From: Zancudomyces culisetae HAW-14-8
Taxonomy: Eukaryota; Fungi; Kickxellomycota
Assembly (NCBI GenBank): GCA_052426225.1
Contig: JBNJNM010000021.1
Span: forward strand, 992,001-1,056,000
Reading direction: 5' to 3'
DNA: 64,000 nucleotides
Shown here: positions 61,759 through 64,000 of the stretch, one piece after another
Position numbering within the stretch: the first letter of the stretch is position 1
Layout of the letters: every line of letters starts with the position of its first letter
Program-made: the position numbers and the translations under genes
Notes under the pieces: model-generated
Databases searched by the model: none
What the model saw: the letters and a program-made list of their open reading frames with translations, nothing else
Told to the model about the DNA's origin: nothing

Positions 61759-63459
61759 CGTTCAATCTCTTTTGTGCTTTCGCTTTTTATGGTTGTTGCG
61801 TTTTCAGAATTTCCTTAAATCTATTAGGTTTACAGTATTTGTTTACAAAGCAATGGAAAAGAAGTCTACAAACCAATATTTGGTAGTTATTTTTTTCTTT
61901 TTGCCTCTATTTGGGGCTAGAATTAAACTTTTGCTTGACAAAACAAAACCCAGAATTGGTGTTGGAAAAAAGTATGGATTTGTTTGGGAACTAGCTTTGC
62001 TTTGTACAAGATGTCAAAACCTGGGCTGCTACTTGCCAATCAAAATATGGAAAATACAACAATCTCACATTTTGGTTTGATTTAGATGTGGAAGTTTTTT
62101 GCTGGAGGGCCATTTAATATGCCACATAAAACCAAAGTTCGCCAATAACAGAGTGATTACTGGACAAACTTGGCACATGTGTACACATATAGCAATGGTG
62201 ATGAGATTTCAGGCAAGAGAAAAGCGGGATGTATGTATTTATTACAACGGTTTTGATAAAAAAAACTATAGGAGATACGCTAAACATTAAAAGTTGTTAC
62301 CAGATGCACCATTCTACTATCTGATTTGTATGAACTGCCCATGTACTTCTGTTAAGAGGGTGAACACTGCTGTCCCAGTGGAACTATATACTGAACAGGT
62401 TTTGATGCTCTAAATCAACTATTTGTCTACACATGCGCACTTTTAAATATAAATAAATACAATCTATACATCAATCACAAGAAGAAGAATATCGACAACA
62501 TAAAATAGCGATATGTTGTTGTAGCTACACTCTGGGAGCAGTCATTTTTGATATGGGACGCAAAGTACAGAGTTAAAATGCAGATTTACTGGTGGTCATC
62601 TATCATGTGGTGGGGGTTAGTTGTAGAATGGGTTTTTCAGAAAATAAAAAGTCATATCAGCAACATAACTAGCAAAAGTATTACGCAAACAATCGGTCGA
62701 TATTTGTATTAGGGAATTGTAAGGATATTGATGAAGTATTCTAGAACTTATAAATGACATGAACTTTTTTTTTACGATTTATTTATATAGTGTTGAACCT
62801 TTGGAAAAGCGAGTGCAAAGTCTTGCTGATAAAGAGAACCTTAGCTAAATCCATGGTAGCAATATAAATGAGGCTAAAGTATTGCGTGGGGAAATTCGAT
62901 TGAAGGCTCAAATAGCAATTCATATAATCACCATATTTTTAATTTGCGAAGAGGATCATAGAAAAAATGTCAAAATGAGCAATTAGCGACCCGAGATGGG
63001 ATATAACTTGAAAAGATGGGATATAACTAAATAAGCTGCTTAGCAACATGGGGCAAATAGGCAAAGAAAAAAATTTTTTTACCTTGGAATTTTCTGGACT
63101 CTAATACCAAATTCCAAACATTTAAAACAATAGACAAACCAATTAGGAGAGCAAAATGCAAAAAATGTGAATCGAAATAAATGACAGGAAAAGAGCAAGT
63201 ATGGGAAAAGCTGGAAAAGTATGCACAGGAGATGAAATTAGAATTGGATATCTAAAGAAAATGTAAAAAAATCCTCAGAAAATCAACAAACCTTACAAAT
63301 GTCAGTTGTGTATTGCTTTATTTTTTATATTGTTGGGCCAGCTATATATTTGAATTAAAATAGTAATCAGATCTGAATAAGCATATAAATAAATATATAG
63401 CCGATTCATTTAAAAAAAAATCTGAAAAGTAAACAACCGAAAAATAAAAAGGGATAAAA

Positions 63460-64000
63460 ATGAGTCTCGAAGAAAAAATGAGCCAAGTAAAGGTAGATTC
63501 TGCCAAACCAGCCAAAAAGAAGGCAGCTAAGGGAGGAGCCAGCCAAAACCTTGTCGTAAGTAGAATCAGAGTATATAGTGATTATTGCAATAATAAAACT
63601 CCAAAACGTAATGACAATAAAGATTAAACCTAAAACTAATAAATAGTTGGTAGAGAGGCCAGAATTCATCGACAGAAGAATTGAAATATTTGAAAAATTG
63701 AAAAAGATCCAGGACGAAGAAATAGCTTCAAGACCCAGAGTTCCAATCAAAATAACTTTGGCAGATGGCAGCGTTCGGGACGGAGTGTCATATGAAACCA
63801 CACCAATGGATATTGCCAAATCAATTTCGGTGTCACTTGCCAAACGATTGGTTATAGCAAAAGTTAATGGAGAATTGTGGGATACTCTGAGGGCATTTGA
63901 ACAGGACAGCACCTTGGAGCTACTGGACTTTGAGAGCAACGAGGGTAAGAAGGTCTACTGGCACTCAAGCGCACACGTTCTTGGAGAGGCAGCTGAATTG
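63460..64000 (+). CDS. THS1: Cytosolic threonyl-tRNA synthetase (5' part; runs off the right edge)
   Basis: Exon 63460-63555, then 63647 onward: PEFIDRRIEIFEKLK, TGS domain IKITLADG..TTPMDIAKSIS..IAKVNGELWD, and EGKKVYWHSSAHVLGEAAE. Absent from the ORF track. Confidence 0.95.

Noticed and set aside
63406-63939. 177-aa minus-strand ORF
   Set aside because: Antisense to the clearly conserved ThrRS exons.
1-64000. tRNA, rRNA, spliceosomal snRNA or CRISPR arrays
   Set aside because: Partial word matches (e.g. 3780, 3992, 38601) did not extend to recognisable structures. A covariance-model scan could still find RNAs I missed.

Overview
AT-rich, intron-containing eukaryotic DNA from an early-diverging fungus. 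The gene set and style suggest Kickxellomycotina/Harpellales, but that is an inference I cannot verify here. I reconstruct 19 protein-coding genes by hand, two cut by the window edges: AP-3 delta (partial), two disordered orphans, an IRC3-like helicase, PRP28, BolA3, a putative surface protein, a coiled-coil (TACC-like?) protein, a CSC1/OSCA channel, ATG1, BNA6, a Zn2Cys6 factor, AGX1, metaxin/Sam37-like, MRPL6, an F-BAR-DEP-RhoGAP, a small membrane protein, Derlin and cytosolic ThrRS (partial). I found no rRNA, tRNA, CRISPR array or transposase ORF. The main structural oddity is a near-identical ~500-bp non-coding element in two inverted copies (15457-15959 and 34461-34962) that bracket an 18.5-kb block of six intact genes. 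Other points of interest: no CAG acceptor among 29 reconstructed introns, a 14-nt micro-exon carrying a helicase Walker A motif, a GC-AG intron, convergent stop codons 26 bp apart, uORFs at ATG1 and PRP28, a dual-start AGX1, and a purine-to-pyrimidine gradient along long genes. All exon boundaries were inferred by eye from reading frame and GT/AG signals.
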